Shown here: piece after piece, positions 9,477-18,301 of the stretch | Numbering within the stretch: the first letter of the stretch is position 1 | Layout of the letters: every line of letters begins with the position of its first letter | Source of the DNA: Pirellulaceae bacterium | GTDB taxonomy: Bacteria; Planctomycetota; Planctomycetia; Pirellulales; Pirellulaceae | DNA: 64,000 bases | Assembly (NCBI GenBank): GCA_041736515.1 | Contig: JBGSTP010000242.1 | Location: forward strand, 8,099-72,098 | Reading direction: 5' to 3' | The notes under the pieces: model-generated | Database searches by the model: none | What the model saw: the letters and a program-made list of their open reading frames with translations, nothing else | Told to the model about the DNA's origin: nothing | Program-made: the position numbers and the translations under genes

Positions 9477-10949
9477 TCAGTTCCACCACCAGTTTTCGTG
9501 GCTGCGCGATGTTGTGGTTGTCGGAGCTGGTAAATCATTGGGCATCTCGATTTCTTGCCAACGTTCCCGAGACGCTGGTCGCCTGGCATGAATGCTCACA
9601 CCGCCGCTCACAACAGCCACAGTGGTGCCGTTGGTGAGCTTGTGCCAAGCTGTCATGCCGGAAACAGTCTGAGGCGTGTTCGCCTCCTCGTGTGTCCATC
9701 GTCCGGCTCGCACCAGGTTTGGAAACCACGCCTCCCACGAAGTTTGGCCAGTCGCTTCGAGAGCGACCTGCAATGCCAGTGCCGATTCGAAGATTGCGCA
9801 CATACGAGCGTAGGCGGGGTGCTCTAATCGAAGTTCGTTGAGCTTGCTGGTCATTTCCGCAGCAAAGGCATCGGCACATGGATCGTTGGCACCCGTCGCC
9901 TTCCGCCCAACCAGACTTACCCACTGTTGTTCGCTGAGAAGCGCAACCGAACTCTTTGGAAACTGAAAAAGATCGCCAGCTGCATTGACGCCGATGGGGG
10001 CGTTCGCGTAAGTGAACCACCAACGAATGAGGCTTTGCTGCGGTACGTCCGTGCGGCGGTCAAGATGATCAAAGTACGATTGAATAGAAACATTTGTCTT
10101 GGCAGTTCCAAAACCAATTTTCTTCATATGTTCGTCGGCAACGACTAGGGCTAGCGCCGTCGGTGAATTAGCCGGCATGCCATAAATGCTCACATGATGC
10201 GGGCCTATTTTCTCTTGCATTTGGCCAACAAACTTCTGTGGGTTACTCGACAATCGCTTTAGAGCACCGGCCGCTTCAACCAGCTGCGTTGCGGCAACAA
10301 TTCCCTCATCGGTTGGATCGATAGAGCAGCCAAGTGGCAATGTCCGCGAGTTGACTAGGCTGGTTAAAAGTGCGAGGTCCTGCAATTGGAAGCCGTGCTC
10401 GACGGCGGTCTGTTGTGCGTGCGGAATGTTGGCCGGGCCAACAAGCAGAATGTCTTCATTGGCAATATCCAATTTTAGAAAATCAATACGCGACATTCCG
10501 GCGAACGACTGCATTTCCTGCGAAATGCGTAGGCCATGTGCCCGCAAGTCGGCCAGCGATTCGTCGAGTCGACGCAAAGACACCACACGCTGCTCGCTGC
10601 GGGCCAACCACGGATGTCCAACACGCCCTGCCTGCAGCCTTGGTGGGCTGGTTGATTCATTTAGTTGCACATTGTCGGCCGAACCCAAATGACGAATTTG
10701 CCCAAGTGGATCAACGTAAACACCCGAGGGATAGGGAACCATAGTGCTGCTGTTGTCCAGCCACGCCTGCGGATCAATTGTTTGCTGTATCAGTGTCATC
10801 AACTCGGTAAAGTCAGCCCCGCCGCCACCGCCAGAGAGCCCTGATGTGGGAGCTCGTGCCGCTTGCGAATCTTGGCAAACTGCAAACTCACATGAGGCGA
10901 GCAAAAAAAAACTGCAGCAACTGAGCCGAAAGAAATCACTGGACATCAT
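9477..10949 (-). CDS. DUF1598-like secreted protein (paralog of 49505..50887)
   Basis: The listed ORF is 9477..11018. I start it at ATG 10949 (GGGAG 8 nt upstream), which gives the signal peptide MMSSDFFRLSCCSFFLLASCEFAVCQ. The protein aligns by eye with the 49505 protein along its whole length. The DUF1598 name is from memory. Confidence 0.7.
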   Translation of the reverse strand: MMSSDFFRLSCCSFFLLASCEFAVCQDSQAARAPTSGLSGGGGGADFTELMTLIQQTIDPQAWLDNSSTMVPYPSGVYVDPLGQIRHLGSADNVQLNESTSPPRLQAGRVGHPWLARSEQRVVSLRRLDESLADLRAHGLRISQEMQSFAGMSRIDFLKLDIANEDILLVGPANIPHAQQTAVEHGFQLQDLALLTSLVNSRTLPLGCSIDPTDEGIVAATQLVEAAGALKRLSSNPQKFVGQMQEKIGPHHVSIYGMPANSPTALALVVADEHMKKIGFGTAKTNVSIQSYFDHLDRRTDVPQQSLIRWWFTYANAPIGVNAAGDLFQFPKSSVALLSEQQWVSLVGRKATGANDPCADAFAAEMTSKLNELRLEHPAYARMCAIFESALALQVALEATGQTSWEAWFPNLVRAGRWTHEEANTPQTVSGMTAWHKLTNGTTVAVVSGGVSIHARRPASRERWQEIEMPNDLPAPTTTTSRSHENWWWN

Positions 10950-10962
10950 CACAGAGCTCCCG

Positions 10963-10986
10963 AGAGTAGCAGAGTAGCAGAGTAGC
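10963..10986. repeat. perfect 3 x 8-bp tandem repeat AGAGTAGC
   Basis: Units at 10963-10970, 10971-10978 and 10979-10986 are identical. On the minus strand this reads GCTACTCT x3, ending at the C immediately 5' of the GGGAG ribosome-binding site of the 10949 start. Confidence 0.95.
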
Positions 10987-11221
10987 GGATGCGCTTGTGT
11001 GCGATCCCAACTCTCCATTATAGCAGGGCCGAAGCTGAGGCACGGTCAGACGAGGGCAAAAAGATGCTGACGCCAAAATATGTGATAGCGCAGGGAGTGT
11101 TTTTTCCCAACCTGTGAGTAGTCGTTTTGCGTATGAGCCTGGATCCGTGAACGATTACGACGTTGATTGGCTCACCTAACGATTCCTCTTCGCTCTCCGC
11201 CCGTCGGCGTTTCAAAAATCT

Positions 11222-11296
11222 CTCTCACGCAAAGACGCAAAGCTCGTAAGTCCGGCAACTTTGTCACTCCTGGCGAGCTTTGCGCCTTTGCGTGAG
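11222..11296 (-). terminator. long hairpin (24-bp stem, one mismatch, 27-nt loop) followed by T5; candidate trxA terminator
   Basis: Arm 11222-11245 (TCTCACGCAAAGACGCAAAGCTCG) is the reverse complement of arm 11273-11296 except at one position. On the minus strand GATTTTTG follows the stem one nt after its end. The hairpin lies 130 nt downstream of the trxA stop. Confidence 0.4.
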
Positions 11297-11426
11297 ATTC
11301 GCTGAGGCAACGCAGCAAGGTTGGAGAGTGTCCAGCGCTGCAGCGGTATTAATCTGTACGAGCTAAAGCGGCACGTTGAAACCTTAGCGCGTGCGGTCGG
11401 CAATTGGCTGTTTCGGAATTAGACAG

Positions 11427-11756
11427 CTATGCAGTTAGACTGTCGATCGCTTGTTCTAGTTTGGCTTGAGGCGGCATTCCGCGAAATGTTTCAGCGATCT
11501 CTCCATTCTTGAACAATAGAAGCGTGGGAATACTCTGAATTCCGTACTGGCTGGTGACATTTGGGTTGTCATCAATATTGATTTTGCCGATTTTTACCGT
11601 ACCCGAATACTGCTCCGCCAACTTGTCAATGAGCGGCGCAATTTGGCGGCAGGGTCCGCACCACGGCGCCCAAAAGTCTACCAATACGCCTTGCGTAGCA
11701 TCGAGCACTTCCTGCTTGAAGTTGTCGTCCGTAAATTCTATCGTGTGCTGTCCCAT
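11427..11756 (-). CDS. trxA: thioredoxin
   Basis: The listed ORF is 11427..11993. The true start is ATG 11756 (AGGAG upstream), giving a 109-aa protein MGQHTIEFTDDNF... with the WCGPC active site. Confidence 0.95.
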   Translation of the reverse strand: MGQHTIEFTDDNFKQEVLDATQGVLVDFWAPWCGPCRQIAPLIDKLAEQYSGTVKIGKINIDDNPNVTSQYGIQSIPTLLLFKNGEIAETFRGMPPQAKLEQAIDSLTA

Positions 11757-12234
11757 ATCCTCTATCTCCTTTGTCAATTCGTGCGAAAGACCATTGTCAC
11801 AACTAGTACGCGATTTGTGTTCCAAAAACAGCTGACTGCAAACTTCGAACTCTACATTTTGACGTGTTTCAAGGAGGTCGGAGATTGGTCGAGCATCCTT
11901 ACGCCAATTTTCGTGAAATTCACAAAATTCTTTGAAACTGCCTGCTGAAGCGGATTTGACTCGAATTCTTAGCAACCATCCCAATCGTGTCAACCTCGCC
12001 TAGTCTACGAAATAATTGCGACGGCCAATTAGGCACAGACGGCCAGCGACGCAATACCGCTTCACTCAAAAACCACCGATGTGGGGAAGATGTGTTTGGC
12101 TTTCTAGGCAACGCGAAAGATTTCCAGACATGCTTGGCTTTATTTGTTGGATTCGCATGATTCGTGGACCAATGAAAGCCGCTATCCGCTGCCGCGACCA
12201 ATTGAGTTTCCCGTTTGTCCGAAGTGTTCGCGTT

Positions 12235-13734
12235 TTAGGCTAAAATGTCCTGAACAATATGTCCATGGACATCGGTTAGACGGAAATCACGACCTTGGTA
12301 GCGGTACGTCAACTTGGTATGGTCGATTCCCAGCAGATGCAACATGGTGGCATTCAAATCATGGATGTGCATGGTGCCTGGAGTCCATTTGTCCATCGTC
12401 GGTATTGGCCGCAGGGGATTGCCATCCGCGTCGGCTATGTTGTATCCCAATTCATCAGTCTGTCCGTAGGTTATTCCTGGCTTGACGCCTCCGCCAGCCA
12501 TCCAAACGGTGAAGCACCGCGGATGGTGGTCTCTGCCGTAGTTGTCTGCACTCAGTTTTCCTTGACAGTAAGCGGTTCGCCCGAATTCTCCGCCCCACAC
12601 GACCAGTGTATCGTCTAGCATGCCTCGACGACGTAGGTCTTGGATGAGCGCGGCACAGCCCTGGTCGATGTCCTTACACTGCGATTCGTGCTCCTTAGGT
12701 AAATTGTTATGCGCGTCCCAGCCGCGGTGGAAGATCTGGATATTGCGAACACCGCGCTCGGCAAGTCGTCGCGCGTTCAAGCAACACGCTGCGAAGGTAC
12801 CGGGCGTGCGTGCGTCTTCGCCGTAAAGTTCAAATGTCTCGGCCGACTCCTTTGATAAATCCATTAGCTCCGGCACCGAGGCTTGCATGCGATAAGCCAG
12901 CTCATGTTGCTTGATCCGGGACAGGATTTCGGGGTTGGCGAAACGTTCGTGCTGTGCCTGGTTCAACGCTGTCAAGGTATCGAGCTGAGCTCGGCGATCG
13001 TCGCGCGACACGCCCTTGGGGTTACTCAGGTACAACACCGGATCGCCAATACTTCGAAGCAAAACCCCCTGATGATCTGAGGGAAGAAAGCCTGTGCCCC
13101 ACAGTCTTGCAAAAAGACTCTGTTCAGCGAAATTCGAGCGCGCATGCATCACGACATAATTAGGCAAATTCTCGTTCATGCTTGCCAATCCATAGCTAAG
13201 CCAGGCACCCAAGCTGGGGCGCCCCGGCACTTGGCTACCCGTTTGTATGAATGTAATGGCAGGATCGTGATTGATGGCTTCCGTAAAGGTGCTATGGATT
13301 ACGCATAATTCGTGCGCAACTTTGGCGGTGTGCGGCAGCAATTCACTAACCCAAACGCCTCGATCCTGATTTTTTGCTTTGGCAAACTTATACTTACTAG
13401 GCGCGATGGGTAGGCTATCCTGCTTGCTGGTCATGCCCGTTATGCGTTGCCCGTCGCGCACGCTGTCGGGCAAATTTTGGCCAGCCAATGCCTGCATCTT
13501 GGGTTTGTAATCCCACATGTCGTGTTGGCTCGGCCCGCCGCTCATGAACAGATAAATGATGCGTTTGGCTTTTGCCGAGTGATGAATGCCGTCACTCAAC
13601 TTGGCTTGGTCGGCCGCCAGTAGTTCCGTGCTGAGCAAAGACGCCATCGCTGCCGTGCCAATGCCCAAGCGCGTGCGGTCAAACAATTGTCGCCGATTCA
13701 GCATTAATTCGTGTTCGTGGAGTGGATTTTGCAT
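12235..13734 (-). CDS. DUF1501 domain protein (sulfatase/alkaline-phosphatase-like fold), Tat-exported
   Basis: 499 aa with a twin-arginine leader NRRQLFDRTRLGIGTAAMASLL. Typical DUF1501 blocks are present: FMSGGPSQHDMWDYKP, VVWGGEFGRT, GRDHHP. Confidence 0.85.
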   Translation of the reverse strand: MQNPLHEHELMLNRRQLFDRTRLGIGTAAMASLLSTELLAADQAKLSDGIHHSAKAKRIIYLFMSGGPSQHDMWDYKPKMQALAGQNLPDSVRDGQRITGMTSKQDSLPIAPSKYKFAKAKNQDRGVWVSELLPHTAKVAHELCVIHSTFTEAINHDPAITFIQTGSQVPGRPSLGAWLSYGLASMNENLPNYVVMHARSNFAEQSLFARLWGTGFLPSDHQGVLLRSIGDPVLYLSNPKGVSRDDRRAQLDTLTALNQAQHERFANPEILSRIKQHELAYRMQASVPELMDLSKESAETFELYGEDARTPGTFAACCLNARRLAERGVRNIQIFHRGWDAHNNLPKEHESQCKDIDQGCAALIQDLRRRGMLDDTLVVWGGEFGRTAYCQGKLSADNYGRDHHPRCFTVWMAGGGVKPGITYGQTDELGYNIADADGNPLRPIPTMDKWTPGTMHIHDLNATMLHLLGIDHTKLTYRYQGRDFRLTDVHGHIVQDILA

Positions 13735-13825
13735 CGTTTACCTGGCTGAATTACTGAGCTGAATTTAATTAGCTGGGAGGCACCAAACTGAGCGTGGGAT
13801 CCATGAACGAAAGTCGCCATGCTGC

Positions 13826-16297
13826 TCAATACAACATGATCGACAAATCGCTGGCTAAAACAGTTGTTGTCACCTGCGTCCAGGCAGCAACTTCGATCGC
13901 TTTCAATTGCGAGGCTCGTGGAGCTTCGCCGGTAGCTAATAAGTCGTTGGCATCCTGCGGAGCTTGAGCGAAGCGAGCTCGCATGGTTTGCAAGAGTTGT
14001 TGGCAGAGTTGTCTTTCCGCGTCAGTCGGCTTTCGGCAGGCGAGCCATTGGAAAAGTTTGTTGCAGCGCTCTTCGTCCGACTCAGCGACCACCAATAGGC
14101 GTTCTGCCAGTTTTCTGGCGACTTCGACGCGTTGTGTCTCGTTGAGTAGGCCCAAGGATTGAAGCGAGGTATTGGTTCGCGAACGTCGCACACAACTCGA
14201 TTCGCGACTTGGGGCGTCAAACAGCGTCATCATCGGATGCGGGCTGGTGCGCTTCCAGTACACGTAAATACTCCGACGGTAAAGTCTTTGTCCGCTATCC
14301 GGCTGGTAGCTCTTGGTATTGCTAGCCGGATGTGCCAAAGCCTCCCACATGCCCTCCGGCTGATAGGGTTTAACACCCTCGCCTCCCATTTGTGGATCGA
14401 GTGTGCCACTTGCCCACAGCCCGATATCACGCAGCACTTCGGCATCGAGACGGTAACTAGGTCCGCGTGCAAAGAGTCGGTTTTCTGGGTCATCCACGTC
14501 GGTTCGCCAACTTGAGTTTTGACGAAAAGTCTGGCTCAGCAACATGCTGCGCAAAATGTGTTTATGATCCCATCCGCTGTCCTGCAATTCGACGGCCAGC
14601 CAATCCAGTAACTCGGGGTGTGTTGGCTGCTGCCCCTGCAACCCGAAGTCTTCTGGAGTTCGCACCAAGGCGTGGCCAAAAATTTGCTGCCAGAGTCGAT
14701 TGACCAGTACTCGCGAAACCAGTGGGTTTTCCCGCGATGTCAGCCACTTGGCCAAGCCCAGTCGGTTGGCAGAAGCGGCTGCTGGAAAGGGATTTAGCAC
14801 TGCTGGCACTCCAGCTGTAACAGCCTCGCCCGTGGGTTGGTCATACTCACCGCGATGCAAGACAAACGTCGTCCGCGGCTCCGCTAGCTCGCTAGCAACC
14901 AGAGTTGTCGTATACTGAGCCTGGAAGTCATCGAGTTTCTTGAGCTGATCTTGAACCTCGGATAGCGGCTTTTGCAATTGGCTTACAAGACTTTCCGCTT
15001 GATCCGCAGAGTCTGCAGGCCAACTGTCAAGAGTTTTTTCGAGTTCCGACTTCAGTTTGTCCAGTCGAACTTTCGACTCCGCGAGCGACTCTGTGCGTTG
15101 CTGCTGAACTTCTGACCATTTATGCCACCCATCGATGCTGCTGGGAGCTTTGACCGTGGGAGCGTAGTCGTACTTATTGCCATCCATGGGACTTTCTTGC
15201 GTGCTATTAAAAAATGCAAAAAGTCGAAAGTAGTCCGAGTGCGAGATGGGATCGTATTTATGTGTGTGGCAGCGAGCACAGGTTAACGTCAATCCGAGGA
15301 AAACAGTTCCAAGAGTTTCTGTTCGATCGAAATTGTTCTTGGCCTGAAATTCTTCCGGTATAGCGCCGCCCTCAGACGTGCTGGGATTCATCCGCACATA
15401 ACCTGTTGCAACGAGTTGTTCGAGCGTTGGATTAGGAAGTAAGTCACCAGCTAACTGCCAAGTGATGAATTGGTCCCAGGGAAGGCCATTATTTAGAGCG
15501 AGGATAACCCAGTCGCGATACGGGAAAATTCCGCGACGATTGTCCAAGTGCAAGCCGTGAGTATCGCCGTATCGTACTGCATCCAACCAGTATCGAGCTT
15601 GATGTTCACCGAAACGGGGACTACTGAGTATCGTGTCTACATAGCGCGCATAGGCACCCGGTTCGTTATCTGTCAGAAAACTTTCTAGTTGCTCGGGTTC
15701 GGGCGGCAAACCGGTTAGAGTCAATGCTACGCGCCGGGCGAGCACCGTGCGCTCGGCTACGGGTGCAAAATCCAGTCCACGTTGGTGGAGTTGCTGTTGG
15801 ACGAAACCGTCGATAATGTCGCTGGCAAGGGCCGGATTTCTATCGCGCATGATCGCGCTGGGTGGCACAACTTTCGTGGGAACAACGAAAGCCCAATGCT
15901 GTTTATACGCTCCACCTTGCTCGACCCAATTGGACAGCGTTTCTCTTTCCGTTTGCGTTAGTTGCTGCTCTGCATCCGCAGGCGGCATGGGATCATCTTG
16001 GCTGTGAATCCGCTTCAGCAGCTCGCTTTCGCTCGCTTTATCCGGCTGGACCGCTCGATGTCCATCTCTGTCTGCAGTTGCAGATTCAAACGTGTCTAGT
16101 TTTAGCATGTCCGCTTCGGCGTCAGGGCCGTGGCAAACAAAGCACTTGTTCGACAAAATCGGCAGGACGTCGCGGGCAAAATTCACTTCGCCTGCGCCAG
16201 GGGACACTTGTGCGAAACTCGTGGATTGCCCCAAAAAAAACAGCACTGCACAACATACATTACGAAGAAAATAGAAACTTCGTCGAGTCTGACGCAT
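13826..16297 (-). CDS. planctomycete cytochrome-c domain + DUF1549 + DUF1553 (PSCyt/PSD1-type) protein
   Basis: 823 aa with a signal peptide and the heme motif CFVCH in FARDVLPILSNKCFVCHGPD. The central CARCHTHKYDPI block is typical of DUF1549/DUF1553 proteins. The gene lies directly upstream of the DUF1501 gene. Confidence 0.85.
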   Translation of the reverse strand: MRQTRRSFYFLRNVCCAVLFFLGQSTSFAQVSPGAGEVNFARDVLPILSNKCFVCHGPDAEADMLKLDTFESATADRDGHRAVQPDKASESELLKRIHSQDDPMPPADAEQQLTQTERETLSNWVEQGGAYKQHWAFVVPTKVVPPSAIMRDRNPALASDIIDGFVQQQLHQRGLDFAPVAERTVLARRVALTLTGLPPEPEQLESFLTDNEPGAYARYVDTILSSPRFGEHQARYWLDAVRYGDTHGLHLDNRRGIFPYRDWVILALNNGLPWDQFITWQLAGDLLPNPTLEQLVATGYVRMNPSTSEGGAIPEEFQAKNNFDRTETLGTVFLGLTLTCARCHTHKYDPISHSDYFRLFAFFNSTQESPMDGNKYDYAPTVKAPSSIDGWHKWSEVQQQRTESLAESKVRLDKLKSELEKTLDSWPADSADQAESLVSQLQKPLSEVQDQLKKLDDFQAQYTTTLVASELAEPRTTFVLHRGEYDQPTGEAVTAGVPAVLNPFPAAASANRLGLAKWLTSRENPLVSRVLVNRLWQQIFGHALVRTPEDFGLQGQQPTHPELLDWLAVELQDSGWDHKHILRSMLLSQTFRQNSSWRTDVDDPENRLFARGPSYRLDAEVLRDIGLWASGTLDPQMGGEGVKPYQPEGMWEALAHPASNTKSYQPDSGQRLYRRSIYVYWKRTSPHPMMTLFDAPSRESSCVRRSRTNTSLQSLGLLNETQRVEVARKLAERLLVVAESDEERCNKLFQWLACRKPTDAERQLCQQLLQTMRARFAQAPQDANDLLATGEAPRASQLKAIEVAAWTQVTTTVLASDLSIMLY

Positions 16298-16444
16298 GGT
16301 AGGACTATCGCTGGTGAAAGTAGACGAGCGGCTTGCGGGGAGGAAATATCAGACCGCATTCTGGAATGCAACGTGGCGACTGCAATCGCAGACGTCAATA
16401 ATTAGTCTAACTAAATCTTCAGCCGTGGGTAACTGGCAACGCAG

Positions 16445-18139
16445 CTAATTTCGCGTGGCTAGCGATTGTGGATCCCATCTTTTCCAATGGGCATGAGCGC
16501 TCGAGAACGCTTCCCAAGCTCCGTCTTTGAGCGATCTACCGCGGTGATCGACCGCAGGAAGACGGCAGTGTTCGGCGGCTAAAACCAGGAATGAGTCGTC
16601 TTCATAGACGAAACGCCAACGATACTTGGTGTGAGGAATTGGACCTTGGTATCCATCTCGGTAGACCTCGAGTCGCGAACTTACGGGTGCAGGCTTGTGA
16701 ATCAGCACAGCATCGGTGGGATACTTGTCGAGTATCGTCCACCACTCGCCCTCTCCAGCCAAGAACAAGTTGTGGTCCGGCATGACTTGGTCTTGATAGG
16801 CAACTTCGTAACGGCCATCGAAGCTTACCTTGACAGCCGGGTACATTTCCCAACTCACGTAAGAGCCGACGTGGAATGGAGTAAATAGGTTTCCACTAAA
16901 GTTATGTTCCTTCAAGTACTCCACGGCTCCCGTCGGATAACAGGCTGTCGAATACAGTTGCTTGGGCGGTAGCGATGGAAGCCAAAAGTGATTGATCGAT
17001 GCGAATAGCAAACAGGCGGCAGACACGGCCTGGCAGCCACGCTTCACCGTCCCTTCATGGCTGTCAATGATTCGAACTAAACCTTGACCGAGGCTCGTAC
17101 GACTGATCCAGGCGGGAACGTAGGCAATCCAGATCACGCCGAAAATGGATCCATGGCGAATGTGCTTAATGGTCATATATGCAGCCAACGCCAAGAAAGC
17201 GGAGCCACGCAGACGTCGCGCGCGAACATTGCGCTGCGCATAAACAAAAAGCGCGATGCTCATCGCAAAAACCGTTACCGTGAGCACAGGTGAGTATGTT
17301 TTCCACAATGGCTGCCATTCACGGATGAGTGGACGATCCATACCAATTGCACGAACCAGATACGGAACGTATTGCCATCCATAGGGGTTCAGTCCTAGTG
17401 TTCCAGCCGCAATGGGGGCAGCGAGGATTAAGTGCCAAGTGTCGCGCACCGCGGCTAGGAAAGAGCGTTTGCCAATCCAGCTGGTAGCAAATCTTTCCAA
17501 GCTATGAAAGGCAATCAGCCCAAGTCCAACGACGAAGCCCGCATGTAGATTCAGCCAAAGTGTCAGCATGAGCAGCCACAGTAGTACCCAACTGCGCCGA
17601 CCGCGCCAATCGAGTTCTTGCATCCAAAGTTGCGCCGCGATGAAGACCAGCGTGAACAATTGGGCGCGAACAGTGGCAAAGCCAACCCAAAAAACGGGAA
17701 AGACGAAGAACGAAATCGCACAGAAGATGTACGGGTGGCAACCTCGCATGCGAGCTACGCGGTATAGAAATAACCACAACGACAACATGAGCACCAGTTT
17801 TAGCAGCGATAATCCCACCAGACCGAGTCCGCTGCCAATCGTGGCGTAGTAGAGCATTGCGCCGGTACCCCATTCATGATGCACCGAGGGACTGACGGTC
17901 GGTGTGTAGGCGAACACGTCGTCTATGGGAAAGTGCCCTAGAGCCAGCGCCTCGCGAAACAGCGACATCTCGTGAAATGCATCGTGGGTGATCTCATGCA
18001 TTCGCGCAACATAGGCGATAAATCCGCTTGCTAGTGCCAGCATTAACCAGGCTGCCAAGCGAACATTGCGTTTGGAACCAATTCTCAGGTTGCTACGCAA
18101 GCAACGATTCAAGCTGATTTCAGTTCGAGACGTCTGCAT
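16445..18139 (-). CDS. polytopic integral membrane protein of unknown function
   Basis: The listed ORF 16445..18163 begins with TTG, and the first ATG is at 18139. About 10-12 TM helices are followed by a soluble C-terminal domain of about 170 aa. A glycosyltransferase-C-like architecture is only a guess. Confidence 0.6.
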   Translation of the reverse strand: MQTSRTEISLNRCLRSNLRIGSKRNVRLAAWLMLALASGFIAYVARMHEITHDAFHEMSLFREALALGHFPIDDVFAYTPTVSPSVHHEWGTGAMLYYATIGSGLGLVGLSLLKLVLMLSLWLFLYRVARMRGCHPYIFCAISFFVFPVFWVGFATVRAQLFTLVFIAAQLWMQELDWRGRRSWVLLWLLMLTLWLNLHAGFVVGLGLIAFHSLERFATSWIGKRSFLAAVRDTWHLILAAPIAAGTLGLNPYGWQYVPYLVRAIGMDRPLIREWQPLWKTYSPVLTVTVFAMSIALFVYAQRNVRARRLRGSAFLALAAYMTIKHIRHGSIFGVIWIAYVPAWISRTSLGQGLVRIIDSHEGTVKRGCQAVSAACLLFASINHFWLPSLPPKQLYSTACYPTGAVEYLKEHNFSGNLFTPFHVGSYVSWEMYPAVKVSFDGRYEVAYQDQVMPDHNLFLAGEGEWWTILDKYPTDAVLIHKPAPVSSRLEVYRDGYQGPIPHTKYRWRFVYEDDSFLVLAAEHCRLPAVDHRGRSLKDGAWEAFSSAHAHWKRWDPQSLATRN

Positions 18140-18301
18140 AGAATCGGCATCGCTATTGGGCAACTGACGCGTGCGAAGGAGAGACTCGCACGCGTAACGT
18201 TAGCACCTCAATAGGCCGCAGGAAGGATGCCTGCATCATTTCCGCAACATCGGAATCTCCGTTTACGGGAGATCTTCCGGAAATGACGAATGTATCGACC
18301 G

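Noticed and set aside
11757-11993. An N-terminal 79-codon extension of the thioredoxin ORF, which would give a 188-aa protein.
   Set aside because: ATG 11756 has an AGGAG ribosome-binding site and yields a standard 109-aa thioredoxin. The extension has no thioredoxin-family counterpart.
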